A stretch of DNA of 64,000 nt from a bacterium (GTDB taxonomy: Bacteria; UBA8248): contig OY843592.1 in assembly GCA_963692865.2 (NCBI GenBank), forward strand, positions 2,016,001 through 2,080,000, given 5' to 3'. The translations under genes were made by a program, and so were the position numbers. Every line of letters starts with the position of its first letter. Position 1 is the stretch's first letter. The notes under the pieces are model-generated. The model ran no database searches, was not told the DNA's origin, and worked only from the letters and a program-made list of their open reading frames with translations. Of this stretch, positions 28,672-39,287 are shown one piece after another.

Positions 28672-28700
28672 TTGACACGAGATATCCAAAAGACTAGTTT
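28672..28700 (+). promoter_or_regulatory. Putative sigma70 promoter of coaD operon
   Basis: TTGACA, 17 nt, TAGTTT upstream of coaD. Confidence 0.6.
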
Positions 28701-28759
28701 TAACGCGCATTTTGCGCAGGGCAGCGGCCCTTTTCGTTTGATTATGAGGTTCGGCTTCC

Positions 28760-29245
28760 ATGGAAAGTCACGCGGTATACCCGGGAACCTTCGACCCGCC
28801 GACGAAAGGGCATTTCGACGTCGTTCGCAGGAGCCAGAGGCTCTTCTCGAAAGTCACCGTGGCGATTTCCGTTCACCCCGCGAAAACGCCTCTTTTCAGT
28901 TTCGAGGAGCGCAAGGATTTTTTCCTCGAGGAATTCAGGGAGTCCAACCAGATCGAGGTCGCGAGCTTCGAGCGAGAACTGCTCGTGGATTTCGCCTTGA
29001 AAGTGAACGCCCAGGCCATCATTCGCGGCCTGCGCGCCGTGAGCGATTTTGACTACGAAATGCAGATGACGCTCATGAACAGGAGGTTGAGCGAGGAGAT
29101 CGAGACGATCTTCCTCATGCCCAGCGAGCAATACAGTTTCCTCAGTTCCAGCCTCGTCAAGGAAGTCGCCTCGCTTGGCGGAGACGTGAGCGAGCACGTA
29201 TCCGCGTCCGTGCGGGAAGCGCTCGGCGAGCGGTTCCGCAGCTGA
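28760..29245 (+). CDS. coaD: Pantetheine-phosphate adenylyltransferase
   Basis: YPGTFDPPTKGH, IIRGLRAVSDFDYE, SSSLVKE. Confidence 0.96.
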   Translation: MESHAVYPGTFDPPTKGHFDVVRRSQRLFSKVTVAISVHPAKTPLFSFEERKDFFLEEFRESNQIEVASFERELLVDFALKVNAQAIIRGLRAVSDFDYEMQMTLMNRRLSEEIETIFLMPSEQYSFLSSSLVKEVASLGGDVSEHVSASVREALGERFRS

Positions 29246-29273
29246 CATTCATTTCCCAACTCTGGAGTTTTTC

Positions 29274-30470
29274 ATGCGTTTCGCATCCCGAATGAGCAAG
29301 CTGCCTCCCATTCCCACGCTGGCGATGAACACCAGGGCGGCGGAAATGAAGGCGCAGGGCATTGACGTCATCTCGTTCGCCGCGGGAGAGCCCGATTTCG
29401 ATACCCCCGAGCACATCAAGGAAGGAGCCGTCCAGGGTCTGCGCGACGGCGCCACGAAATACACGGCGGTTCGGGGCATCCCCGCTCTGAGGGAGGCGGT
29501 TTGCGATTGGGCCGAGGAGCACAAGGGTCTCCGGTATGACCCGAAAACCGAAGCGATCGTCACCGTGGGCGGCAAGCAGTCGGTATTCAACGCCTTGCAC
29601 GTCCTCGTCGAGGAGGGCGATGAGGTCGTCATCCCGGCGCCCATCTGGGTGGCGTACGAGCCCGTCGCGACCCTGACCGGCGCGAAGCCGGTGCTGGTGG
29701 AGACGAGCGAGGAAAACGGCCACAAGATGACGGCCGGGCAGTTGCGCGAGGCCGTGTCGGCGCGCACGAAGATCGTGGTGATCAACAGCCCGTGCAACCC
29801 TTCGGGCTGCGTCTACAGCCGCGCGGAACTGGAGGCGATCGCCGAGGTGGTGCTGTCCACCGACGCCATGGTCATGTCCGATGAGATTTATGGGAAAATC
29901 ACCTATGACGGCGAAGAACACGTGTCGATCGCCGGTTTTTCCGATGAAATGAAAGCAAGAACCCTCGTTCTGGACGGGTTTTCGAAAACCTACGCGATGA
30001 CGGGCTGGCGGATGGGCTATACCCTCGCAAGGCCTGAAATCATCGAGGCCATGGACACGCTGCAGGGCCAGAGCACGAGCAACGCCACCTCCTTCGCCCA
30101 ATACGGCGGGGTGGCGGCCCTCAGGGGGTCGCATGACTTCCTGAACGAATGGCTGGCGCACTACGACGCGAGGAGAAGGGCGATCGTCGAGGGATTCAAC
30201 TCGATCGACGGGCTGAGCGTCGTGAACCCCAAGGGCGCGTTCTACGCCTTCCCCCGCGTGAGCGGCGTATTCGGGCGTCAGGGGCCGGACGGAGTATTAA
30301 AAAATTCAATGGATGTGGGGCTCTACCTCCTCGAACACGCCCAATGCGCCGGCGTTCCCGGCGCAGGCTTCGGCGCAGACGATTACGTGCGCTTCTCGTA
30401 TGCCACGTCCTTGGAGAACGTAAAAGAGGGGATCGAGCGCATTCGAGCGGCCCTGGGACAACTGGGCTGA
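29274..30470 (+). CDS. aspC: PLP-dependent aspartate aminotransferase (class I/II)
   Basis: GEPDFDTP, NSPCNPSG, SDEIY, SKTYAMTGWRMG. Confidence 0.9.
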   Translation: MRFASRMSKLPPIPTLAMNTRAAEMKAQGIDVISFAAGEPDFDTPEHIKEGAVQGLRDGATKYTAVRGIPALREAVCDWAEEHKGLRYDPKTEAIVTVGGKQSVFNALHVLVEEGDEVVIPAPIWVAYEPVATLTGAKPVLVETSEENGHKMTAGQLREAVSARTKIVVINSPCNPSGCVYSRAELEAIAEVVLSTDAMVMSDEIYGKITYDGEEHVSIAGFSDEMKARTLVLDGFSKTYAMTGWRMGYTLARPEIIEAMDTLQGQSTSNATSFAQYGGVAALRGSHDFLNEWLAHYDARRRAIVEGFNSIDGLSVVNPKGAFYAFPRVSGVFGRQGPDGVLKNSMDVGLYLLEHAQCAGVPGAGFGADDYVRFSYATSLENVKEGIERIRAALGQLG

Positions 30471-30685
30471 TGCATGGCCTGGGACGAGCGCTTCAGATTC
30501 TCGCCATGGTGGACTGCGGCGTCGCCTTGCTCATCGGCGTTTCGAACCCTTCGGCCTACGCCATTCAACTCGTTATTTTGGGTTCCGCCGTCATTCTGTT
30601 TTCTCTCGGGCGTCTGGTTCAGAAGAAGGCATATGCCCGCTCCATCGGCGGGCAGGATCACTCACCCATATCCGAGAGCGAATGA
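30470..30685 (+). CDS. Small 2-TM membrane protein (71 aa)
   Basis: TGATG coupling to aspC and ATGA coupling to next gene; two hydrophobic segments. Confidence 0.65.
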   Translation: MHGLGRALQILAMVDCGVALLIGVSNPSAYAIQLVILGSAVILFSLGRLVQKKAYARSIGGQDHSPISESE

Positions 30686-32076
30686 GGGTGTCGACGACTG
30701 CGCGGCAAAGGTTGTTTCACGACTGGTGGGAATCGTCTTGCGAGCGTTACCTGCGTGAGAATTTCGGAGACGTAGGCGAGCAAATCAGACAAACCTTCAC
30801 CCGAATGCTTTTTCCTCTTCAGGCGGAACCTGTTTTGCCCGAGCAGGTTCTTCCGCTTTCTTTCATCCATCTGAAGCTGTTGGCCGGTGAGGAATTGGGG
30901 TTCGTGCTGCAGCGAACGAACAAGCTGGCGGCGCTCTTCGGCGCCCGGGGCGCCAGACCGGCGGTCGGCTCATTATATTTGATGCTGACTTCCCTGACGT
31001 CGAGACCCGGGAAACTGTCCTCCATGGCGAAGGCGCAATCGGCGTTTTTCAGCCTGTTGCTCCGGCGCATGGCGAACCAGCTCGATGTAGGGGTAGCCGA
31101 AGACGTTCTACGAAAAGAACTTTCCGATGTCTGGGAGATTCAGACGGAACCGGCTGCAAGGGCCACCCTGGAAGGCGCCCGAGGCCTTTGGAGACGCTCC
31201 AGTGCCCCGGATATGGGACTGGTTTCCTTGCCGGTGAATCTGGATTCATGGCTCGAGGACAACGGCTTGACGGAAAATGTCGCCGAAGCCCGGAAAATGT
31301 ATCGAGACGTGGGTGAGGAGCATCATTTGTCCGAATTGGTTCGTCGGTTGGCGGCGATTGAGGGGTTGAGAGTTTCGATTCAAACCGGAGAGGATATCGA
31401 GCGAATTACGGTATGGGAAAATATGCAGGCCGGCTTGATGGGAAGCCTCGACGGCGTCATGAGCGGTATTACGCCCTGGGAGTCGGAAATCCTGCGTCCC
31501 GCGCCTCCACTATTCATTTCTCTGCTTGCATGGGCGAACAAACTTCAGTTGTTGGATGAAGGCGAAACGCCCACGGCTTACCCCGGCCGTGAGAGATTGC
31601 CTGACTGGATGAAAGATTTTTTGAGCGAACAACATCTCGAAGGCGATATTCTCTCTTCATCGAGATTCACCGTGGGCGGTGAGACTTATATCGTGGTCGG
31701 CGTCGATGCTTCCGCTTCTTCTGAACTTCTTTCGGTCGTTATCGATGCGCCGGAGCAGGAGGATTCGACTTCGCTGGGTTTTGGCATTCGATTCGGAGAT
31801 GGAACGAAAAAATCATTTCCATTCGATCTGGAGAACGGGCGAGACCTATTGGCGGCGCTCTATATGGCGGAGCAGGATGATGTGCGATTGGATCTCATCG
31901 TCCGGGGAACGGACAGGAGTTGGCGTTTCGGAACGTCTTTCTACTTGATGATGCCACAAGAGCATCGTGAGATTTGGGTGCGGCGCCTCCTTGCTTTTTT
32001 GGAGGAGAAATTTGGAAGTGATGAGGACAGAATTCGCCTGGCGATACTCAGAGGCGTAAAAACGGGAAAACGATAA
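30682..32076 (+). CDS. Hypothetical protein (464 aa)
   Basis: Long ORF, translationally coupled, no recognised motif. Confidence 0.75.
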   Translation: MRVSTTARQRLFHDWWESSCERYLRENFGDVGEQIRQTFTRMLFPLQAEPVLPEQVLPLSFIHLKLLAGEELGFVLQRTNKLAALFGARGARPAVGSLYLMLTSLTSRPGKLSSMAKAQSAFFSLLLRRMANQLDVGVAEDVLRKELSDVWEIQTEPAARATLEGARGLWRRSSAPDMGLVSLPVNLDSWLEDNGLTENVAEARKMYRDVGEEHHLSELVRRLAAIEGLRVSIQTGEDIERITVWENMQAGLMGSLDGVMSGITPWESEILRPAPPLFISLLAWANKLQLLDEGETPTAYPGRERLPDWMKDFLSEQHLEGDILSSSRFTVGGETYIVVGVDASASSELLSVVIDAPEQEDSTSLGFGIRFGDGTKKSFPFDLENGRDLLAALYMAEQDDVRLDLIVRGTDRSWRFGTSFYLMMPQEHREIWVRRLLAFLEEKFGSDEDRIRLAILRGVKTGKR

Positions 32077-32133
32077 ATGATAATTCAACTCAAGAACGCG
32101 GGCTTCTCGGTTTTCCCGAGGAAATTTGCTCGC

Positions 32134-33411
32134 TTATGCCCGCACCCTCCAGACGAGCAATACCGCAATGAGCCGACTGGCCGCCATCGCCGTGAACACC
32201 CAGAACCACCCGTTTGAAATCGCCAGAGACAGCCATCCGAAGAAAATGGCTTGAAGAGCGCCATAAATATACCCGTGAGCATCCAACACGCCGGCCGCCG
32301 TTCCGGCGAGCCGCCTGCCGGCCAGGTCTACCCCCAGCGCCTGCACGGTGGACATGTTGACGCAAAACCCGCCGACGATGAGTAAAATGACGGCAAGCGG
32401 GATGTTGTCTGCAGGCGCATAGGCGATTCCCATCATCGCGGCTGCGCTCAGAAAGGCCGCGAGTATGATGACGATGGAGCGATTGCTTTTGAAGAATCGA
32501 TCGGAAATGATTCCCCCGAATATGGGTCCGAAAAGATACCCCAACGGGTAGGCGAAGGTCAGCAAACCCATTTCTTTCAGATTGAACCCACCCGCCTGAG
32601 CGTAATACAGAGGCGCCCATGAGACGACGCCATAGCGAACCACGTTGTCCAGTCCTTTTACGTGGCACGCCAAAAAGAAGCGCAGATTTGTCATCAGGTG
32701 AAAATACGCCTTCAGTCCATGTTCACTCCCGCTGCCCGCCGCTTCTGCTTCGCGCGATACTTCGTCCGACTCCCTGTACTCGGGGAGATTCAGTTCAGCA
32801 GGCCGATCCTTGGCGATGAAATAAAAGATGATTCCCAAAACGGCGATGATCATCGGAGGGTAGCGAATCGCGGCCCTCCAGCCGTATTGCGACGCCGACC
32901 AGGGCACGACGGCCCAAACGATGAGGAGCGCGATGCCCGCAGCCGTTCCTACGAGTCCGATCGCCTGGCCCCGCTCGCGCCTTGGCCACCACTGCGCCAC
33001 CAGCCCGAGTCCCGGCCCCCATGTCGCCGCGTTCACGAAACCGACCACCGCCCAGGGTATGGCGAGTGTGTTGATGGAGTTTCCGAAACTCGCGATGAAA
33101 TTGAATAAGGAGGTAGTGATGGCGGCGAATAGAATGGTGTTTTTGTAGCCTACTCTTTCCGCAATCCTGCCAAAGACCAGATCACCGAAAGCAAAACCCC
33201 AGAACATCCATGAATTGATCCATCCGGTATCGACTCGCGTGATGCCCAAATCCTGGATGACCGCGTATTGCACAAGACTGAAGTTGAATCTGCCCAGGTA
33301 GTTGAAGGCATAGAAAACGCAAAAGGCGATGAGAATACGCCATTTCCACCGGTGAAACTCAGGCGGCAGATCATGATATTCGACCTGGGCGGCGCTTCTT
33401 CGATCATTCAT
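32134..33411 (-). CDS. MFS transporter (GlpT/UhpT OPA-like)
   Basis: YLGRFNFS, WWPRRERG, GIISDRFF; about 12 TM. Confidence 0.88.
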   Translation of the reverse strand: MNDRRSAAQVEYHDLPPEFHRWKWRILIAFCVFYAFNYLGRFNFSLVQYAVIQDLGITRVDTGWINSWMFWGFAFGDLVFGRIAERVGYKNTILFAAITTSLFNFIASFGNSINTLAIPWAVVGFVNAATWGPGLGLVAQWWPRRERGQAIGLVGTAAGIALLIVWAVVPWSASQYGWRAAIRYPPMIIAVLGIIFYFIAKDRPAELNLPEYRESDEVSREAEAAGSGSEHGLKAYFHLMTNLRFFLACHVKGLDNVVRYGVVSWAPLYYAQAGGFNLKEMGLLTFAYPLGYLFGPIFGGIISDRFFKSNRSIVIILAAFLSAAAMMGIAYAPADNIPLAVILLIVGGFCVNMSTVQALGVDLAGRRLAGTAAGVLDAHGYIYGALQAIFFGWLSLAISNGWFWVFTAMAASRLIAVLLVWRVRA

Positions 33412-33553
33412 GGTTGGGGGGTTGTTTCTGCTGAGCCGAAACGCTGTCTGAAGTGCGATTTCATTTTCGCCATCTCTGGATGTCTCGGAGTTTGCAAGAA
33501 AGTTTGCTCATAATATATGACGAATCGAAGCAATCGATGATTTCCCAATTTGT

Positions 33554-34819
33554 CTATCTTTCAAATTCCAACAGATGATAGTTCTTTTTCCCCTTCCGAA
33601 GCAGGATGTATTGACCGAACAAAGTATCATTGGCCGACAGCGTGCTCGTCTCGGCGCTGACGGGATGATTGTTTGCATAGATGCCGCCGCCCTTCAGGTC
33701 TTTTCGCGCGAGGGATTTCGACTTGCAAAGTCCGGTTTCCACCAGAAGATCGATCAACGGATACGGCGGTGCTCCCGATTTCCGAGTTCTCGGTATTTCC
33801 TCCGCTAGTGAGAGCAAATCATTTTCCTCGATGTCATCGAGTTGAGCGCCAAAAAGAATCCTGGCGGCGCGCTCCGCGCTGCGCGCCGCGGCGGCGCCGT
33901 GTGCGAGCGTCGTCAACTCCTTCGAGAGGCGGCGTTGTCCTGCTCGTTTCTCCGGTGATTCGAGGTGTTCTTTCTCGATTTCATCAATCTCGTCTAGTGG
34001 CAGAAAGGTGAAGTATCGTAAAAACCTGCCGACGTCCCTGTCGTCCGTCTGAATCCAGTATTGCGAGAATCGGTATGGACTGGTTCGCTTCGGGTCCAGC
34101 CAGATATTTCCTTCTTCCGTTTTGCCGAATTTCCTGCCGTCGGAAGTCGTGATTAGCGGGAAGGTCATTCCGAATGCGGGTTTCCCGTGAACGCGCCGGA
34201 TAAGTTCTATCCCCGCCGTGATGTTGCCCCATTGATCGGAACCGCCGATCTGCATGGCGCAATTCTCTTTTTCAAACAGCTGGAGAAAATCATACGCCTG
34301 AAGCGCCATGTAGCTGAACTCGGTGTATGAAATCCCTGCATCGGCGATGCGTGATTTCACCGACTCTTTCGCCATCATGTAGCCGATGGAAAAGTGCTTG
34401 CCCACGTCCCGGAAAAAATCGATGAGGCGGACTTCATTCAGCCACTCCGCGTTGTTCACCATGAGCGCGGAATTCGGGCCCGCATCGAAATCCAAGAACT
34501 TTTCGAATTGAACTCTGATTCCCTTGAGGTTGTGTTTCAGAACTTCGGCGTCCAGGAGGTTTCTCTCTTCCGATTTGCCCGAGGGATCCCCAATCATCCC
34601 GGTCCCGCCGCCGATGACCGCAATGGGCCGGTGGCCCGCGCGCTGAAAGCGCATGAGCCCCACGATGGGGATCAGATTCCCAATGTGCAAACTGTCTGCG
34701 GTGGGGTCAAAGCCGCAATAGAGGCTCATCGCGCCTTTTCGTAATGCGCCCGTCATTTCCGCCTGGTCCGTGTGATCGTGGACCAATCCGCGGCGTTTCA
34801 GTTCATCGAACAGATTCAT
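33554..34819 (-). CDS. tyrS: Tyrosine--tRNA ligase
   Basis: YCGFDPTADSLHIGN, GGSDQWGNI, KFGKT, C-terminal S4 domain ending RKGKKNY. Confidence 0.97.
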   Translation of the reverse strand: MNLFDELKRRGLVHDHTDQAEMTGALRKGAMSLYCGFDPTADSLHIGNLIPIVGLMRFQRAGHRPIAVIGGGTGMIGDPSGKSEERNLLDAEVLKHNLKGIRVQFEKFLDFDAGPNSALMVNNAEWLNEVRLIDFFRDVGKHFSIGYMMAKESVKSRIADAGISYTEFSYMALQAYDFLQLFEKENCAMQIGGSDQWGNITAGIELIRRVHGKPAFGMTFPLITTSDGRKFGKTEEGNIWLDPKRTSPYRFSQYWIQTDDRDVGRFLRYFTFLPLDEIDEIEKEHLESPEKRAGQRRLSKELTTLAHGAAAARSAERAARILFGAQLDDIEENDLLSLAEEIPRTRKSGAPPYPLIDLLVETGLCKSKSLARKDLKGGGIYANNHPVSAETSTLSANDTLFGQYILLRKGKKNYHLLEFER

Positions 34820-34973
34820 GGGCGCTCCCACGGTGTTCTTGTTGTATTTCAAACGGCTTGAAAATGGTTCCCCATCGAGAATGCTATCCTCCAGCCGATA
34901 TTGTATCTTATCCGATATATATCAGGAGAGAGGGTCGGCTGAAAGTTGCGCGCCTGTTTTCGGGATGATCGAG

Positions 34974-35720
34974 ATGATGCTTCGCTTTGATTTTCGCGGC
35001 AAAAAAGTGCTATTGACCGGCGCCACGGGAGACGTGGGCAAGGCGCTCGTTCAGGGATTTCTGGATTCGGGCGCAAAACTCGCCGCCACGGGGCGGAATC
35101 CAGAGAAACTGCGCCTCATCGAGGGTTCTGAGGAGATGCTGAAAAAATTGTCCTGTGATTTCGAGAATTTCGCTGACGTGAAAACCATGCTCGAGGAAGC
35201 CATCGCATGGCTGGGTGGATGCGACGTCTTCGTTCACACTGCGGCGGACATGCTGGTGAAAGACCCGCTCTCGCTTGATGAATCCGATTGGAGGCGCGCA
35301 CTGAGAGTGAATCTCCTGGCGCCTTATTTTTGCATTCAAGGCGCGATGCCTGCGCTCATGAAGTCTCCGGCGGGGCGGATTATCCTGTTCGGCTCGGGGG
35401 CCGGAAAATCCGGGGGACTGGGCCATAATCTCACGTATGGCGCTTCGAAAGGTGGTATTTTGGCCATGACGTTCAATCTGGCTCGTGAGCTTGCGAAAAC
35501 CAGTGTGACTGTGAACTGCCTCGTTCCCGGGCCGATTGACGGGCCGTTGATGCGGGAATTTGGAGAGGAGTTGTACAACAAAGCGTTGGCGAAACACCCG
35601 ATGGGAAGGTTTGCAAAGGCTTCGGAGTTGTCGCCGGCCACTTTGTTTCTTGCGAGTGAAGAAGCCGCGCATATCACCGGAGAAGCACTGGACGTGAACG
35701 GAGGGTATTTTACGGATTAA
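34974..35720 (+). CDS. SDR oxidoreductase (FabG-like)
   Basis: TGATGDVG, YGASK, PGPID, DVNGG. Confidence 0.88.
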   Translation: MMLRFDFRGKKVLLTGATGDVGKALVQGFLDSGAKLAATGRNPEKLRLIEGSEEMLKKLSCDFENFADVKTMLEEAIAWLGGCDVFVHTAADMLVKDPLSLDESDWRRALRVNLLAPYFCIQGAMPALMKSPAGRIILFGSGAGKSGGLGHNLTYGASKGGILAMTFNLARELAKTSVTVNCLVPGPIDGPLMREFGEELYNKALAKHPMGRFAKASELSPATLFLASEEAAHITGEALDVNGGYFTD

Positions 35721-35792
35721 GGGGTTGCGCGCAGTATACAGAGGCGAGACGCCATGATCTTTTCAAGAGGATATCGAGTGTAGGAGTCGACT

Positions 35793-36761
35793 TTGCACGA
35801 TAAAACATCAGGAAATGAAGAATCGGGACTGAGAGCAGTTGAAATCGAAGGGGTGTCCCTGCATCTGAGCGGGCGCACCGATTCCGACCAAGCGTGGATC
35901 GGTCAGACGGAGGTGCTGCGCCAGCTTCTGGCCTGCTGGATGATCGTAGCGGAGGAGGACTTTTCTCTTTCTCCGAGAATTATCGGCCCCCCCGGCATCG
36001 GGAAGACGACGCTGGCGATGGCGGCGGCGCGGGAGAGAAAGCAGGAATTGTTCATATTTCAGTGCACCTCCGATACCCGCCCGGAAGACCTCTTGATCAC
36101 GCCCGTCCTGGCGGAATCGGGGAAAATCGCCTATCACGCATCCCCTCTTGTTACGGCCATGATGCGAGGAGGCGTCTGTGTGCTGGACGAGGGAAACCGG
36201 ATGAGCGAGAAAAGTTGGGCCTCACTGGCTCCGTTGCTCGATCATCGCCGCTATGTGGAGTCCATCGTTGCCGGCGTCACGATAAAGGCGCACCCGGATT
36301 TCCGCTGTTGCGTAACGATGAATGAAGATGCCTCGACATACGAGGTGCCCGATTACATCCTCTCGAGGCTCCAGCCCACACTGGGGCTTGAGTTCCCGAA
36401 CAAAAAAGATGAAATGGCCATCCTGAAGTACCACTTGCCGTTCGCTCCGGGCGAGATGTTGGCCTTGACGGTGGAGTTCTTGCAGGAGGCCCATGAACTG
36501 GACCTGGAGTATTCTCCCCGGGACGGGATCCACATTCTGCAATTCGCGCTCAAACGCCTTGCGCAGGACCCGGAGCATCCGCTCTCTCAGGACGAAGCGT
36601 GGCGGGAGGCGCTCGCCAAGGTTTTGGGAGATGACGCGTTGGACCTGAAAAGACTTGCGCAAAAAAGACGGCAAGCACTCGGCGACGAACTTCCGCCGCT
36701 TGATTTCGGCGATATTTTCTTTGGAGGCGACAGCCCCTTGCGCCCGGATCGAGACGATTGA
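35793..36761 (+). CDS. MoxR-type AAA+ ATPase
   Basis: [30 protein letters not shown]. Confidence 0.9.
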   Translation: MHDKTSGNEESGLRAVEIEGVSLHLSGRTDSDQAWIGQTEVLRQLLACWMIVAEEDFSLSPRIIGPPGIGKTTLAMAAARERKQELFIFQCTSDTRPEDLLITPVLAESGKIAYHASPLVTAMMRGGVCVLDEGNRMSEKSWASLAPLLDHRRYVESIVAGVTIKAHPDFRCCVTMNEDASTYEVPDYILSRLQPTLGLEFPNKKDEMAILKYHLPFAPGEMLALTVEFLQEAHELDLEYSPRDGIHILQFALKRLAQDPEHPLSQDEAWREALAKVLGDDALDLKRLAQKRRQALGDELPPLDFGDIFFGGDSPLRPDRDD

Positions 36762-36764
36762 TTC

Positions 36765-38738
36765 ATGGGTGAAAAAGATTTCCTGAACATCACCGATCGG
36801 ATCAGCGTACTGCCCGTCATCCATGGGTCGGGAGACTTCGCCGTCGAAGTGCGCGACAGGATTCTGAAACTCGATCCCGACTGCGTTGCGATTCCGTTGC
36901 CGCCGTCTTTTCAGGATGAGGTGGAAACGGGCGTAGACGGGCTCCCATACGTTTCCATGGTGTCGGTGAATGAAGACGCCACGTCATATCTCAGTGATGA
37001 TAAGGCGCTTTTTGACGAGGGGTGGGAGCAGGAGCAACCGCCCGGAGATAGTCTGGACGCTGAAGATGAGTTGCCGACGGATGAAGCAAATCTGTCTTCT
37101 TACAACTATGTGCCGATTGACCCTTGCCAACCCGTGATTTCCGCTCTCCGAGCGGCGATGGGGGAGCGTATCCCCAGAATCTTTGTTGATATGGAAGTGG
37201 AGCGTTTTCAGCCGGATATCCAAACGCTGCCGGATCCGTATGCGCTGAAAAATGTGCCGATGGAAGCTTTCGCCGCATCGCTTTTGACGGCGGCTCCCAA
37301 GCCCTCTGCATCTTCGCAGCGCGCCGCGAGAATTCGCTGGATGGCCGACGCTCTTCTCGAACTCGAAACACGGTACCAGCGCATCGTCTTTGTATGTTCT
37401 GCGATGGATTGGCCCTGGATTCGCTCGGACTGCCTGGAAGGGCCATCGAGAGACGAGAAATTGTTCGAGTTCCACTCGGGCGCGTCTCTCAACCCGCCCC
37501 GAAGGTTTGGGGTATCGGAAGATACCCTGGCTTTCCTGCTGGGGGAGTTTCCCTATCTGACGTATCTGTACGAGAAAAAACGCGAAGAACTCTTGGGTGA
37601 CTCTAACCTTTCGATTGACGGCGTCAAGGAACTCCTCCTGGAGGCAAGAACGTCGTGGTTGAGCGAACATCGGCCCGCGCAAAACTGGGTGACGCCTCAA
37701 CGACTCCAGGTATTCCTGCAATACGTCCGGAATCTGACGCTCCAGGGCAAGAGGCTGACGCCGGATTTATTCACTCTCGCCCTCGCCGCCAAGCAGACAG
37801 CGGGCGATGCCTTCGCCTTGTCTCTATTGGAAGTCGCGCGAAAATACCCCTATCAGCGCGAAGCCCCCGAATTGGGGGAAGATGATTCTGTCCATGTAGG
37901 CGTGGATCGTGCGGTATTCCCTGACGGGGATGTCGGGACGCTCAAGAGCCGCCTGGGCGGTTCTGCCGTCGTCTGGAGGAGGATTTCCCTCAAGCCGAAG
38001 CCCACGCCGTTTGAAAAACGCGAATGGGCCCAGAGATGGAATCCCTTCGGCATGTGTTCCTGGCCGCCGGAAGATGACGCCATAGAGAGCTTTCATACCC
38101 ATGTGCGTGAGCAGGCCAGGGCGCTATTGGGGGAAGACCTGGCTCGCACCGAAAAATTCACGACGTCGATAAAAGACGGACTCGATATCAGGGAAACGCT
38201 CCGCAACTGGCATACGGGCGACCTCTATGTAAAGGAAATTCCCCCCGCGCGGGGAAATCTGGAGGTCGTCGTCTTTTTATTCGATACGCCCGCCGACGCC
38301 GAGAAGTATTCCTGGCGTACGATGTGGTACGCCGAACATGACGAAGAATCGACGCTCTGCATCTATGCGACTCCGTTCGAGAACAATTTGGTGGGACCGG
38401 GCATCGCGGAATCGCAATACGGCGGGGCGTTCTTTGTCTTTCCTCCCCGTCATATCGAGGACGTCTGGCGGGATCCGCGCTTTCGCTACACGCAGACACT
38501 GGAGGAGCGATTGATCGCAGGGGCGTGTTTTCATTCGAGAGAGCGGTTCATCGCTCTGGTGAGTCCAAAGCCGCCCGATTCTCGCTGGCGTCGGATTGCG
38601 CGGCAACACAATAAACATTTGATTCACATTCCCATTGGCCGGTTTTCTGGAGAGACCATCGCCCGAATCCGTCGGTTTCATGTTCTGAGCGGAAAAAACA
38701 TCAGGAGCTACGCCGCTCGATTCATACGGGAAATGTAA
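36765..38738 (+). CDS. Uncharacterised MoxR partner protein (657 aa)
   Basis: 3 nt after the ATPase; N-terminal VLPVIHGS...PDCVAIPLP; internal DGLDIRETLRNW. Confidence 0.8.
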   Translation: MGEKDFLNITDRISVLPVIHGSGDFAVEVRDRILKLDPDCVAIPLPPSFQDEVETGVDGLPYVSMVSVNEDATSYLSDDKALFDEGWEQEQPPGDSLDAEDELPTDEANLSSYNYVPIDPCQPVISALRAAMGERIPRIFVDMEVERFQPDIQTLPDPYALKNVPMEAFAASLLTAAPKPSASSQRAARIRWMADALLELETRYQRIVFVCSAMDWPWIRSDCLEGPSRDEKLFEFHSGASLNPPRRFGVSEDTLAFLLGEFPYLTYLYEKKREELLGDSNLSIDGVKELLLEARTSWLSEHRPAQNWVTPQRLQVFLQYVRNLTLQGKRLTPDLFTLALAAKQTAGDAFALSLLEVARKYPYQREAPELGEDDSVHVGVDRAVFPDGDVGTLKSRLGGSAVVWRRISLKPKPTPFEKREWAQRWNPFGMCSWPPEDDAIESFHTHVREQARALLGEDLARTEKFTTSIKDGLDIRETLRNWHTGDLYVKEIPPARGNLEVVVFLFDTPADAEKYSWRTMWYAEHDEESTLCIYATPFENNLVGPGIAESQYGGAFFVFPPRHIEDVWRDPRFRYTQTLEERLIAGACFHSRERFIALVSPKPPDSRWRRIARQHNKHLIHIPIGRFSGETIARIRRFHVLSGKNIRSYAARFIREM

Positions 38739-38852
38739 TCCTAGCGTATTGCTTGAGAAGTGAGAAAATAGGGAGTCAAGTTGTTCCACATTTGTTAGAC
38801 TCAAAGAGTCGTTCCACTGAAAACAGCCTACTCCCATGAAGGAGTTCAAAAA

Positions 38853-39188
38853 ATGGACGTGCAGGAACTATTCGCCAGATTTCCCGAAATACCAGCGGAT
38901 TTACATGCAGAGGAAGTGATGGCTCGATTCGCCGAGGTTTTTGGCGAGCCTCTCTCCATCGCTCAAAAGCCCTCCGCCTGCTCCACGGAGTACGACGCCG
39001 GAAACCACTATTATATGAAACTCATCAACCCGATAGGCATATACCGCCTTGGATTGATGAAACGCGAGATGCTGCTCTCACAAATTGCCGGACTGGTCGA
39101 AAAACAGCAGACGGACCCGAGCTTTGTTGAAACGCTCGCGCCGCCCGACGTCGTGGCGAAAGAGATCAGGGGTCCCGGCTGTGGATGA
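38853..39188 (+). CDS. Hypothetical protein (111 aa)
   Basis: AAGGAG RBS; ends GPGCG followed by TGA TAA TAG. Confidence 0.75.
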   Translation: MDVQELFARFPEIPADLHAEEVMARFAEVFGEPLSIAQKPSACSTEYDAGNHYYMKLINPIGIYRLGLMKREMLLSQIAGLVEKQQTDPSFVETLAPPDVVAKEIRGPGCG

Positions 39189-39287
39189 TAATAGCCATCG
39201 CAGCGGTCCCCCTCGTCTATTACGCCGTGGATGAGGGGATTTTCTTCGTGAGTCGGAAGTAGTCGATTCACGATGCGGGTCTGATAT

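Noticed and set aside
39186-39194. Possible selenocysteine read-through at GCG-TGA
   Set aside because: TGA is immediately followed by TAA TAG and no convincing SECIS was seen
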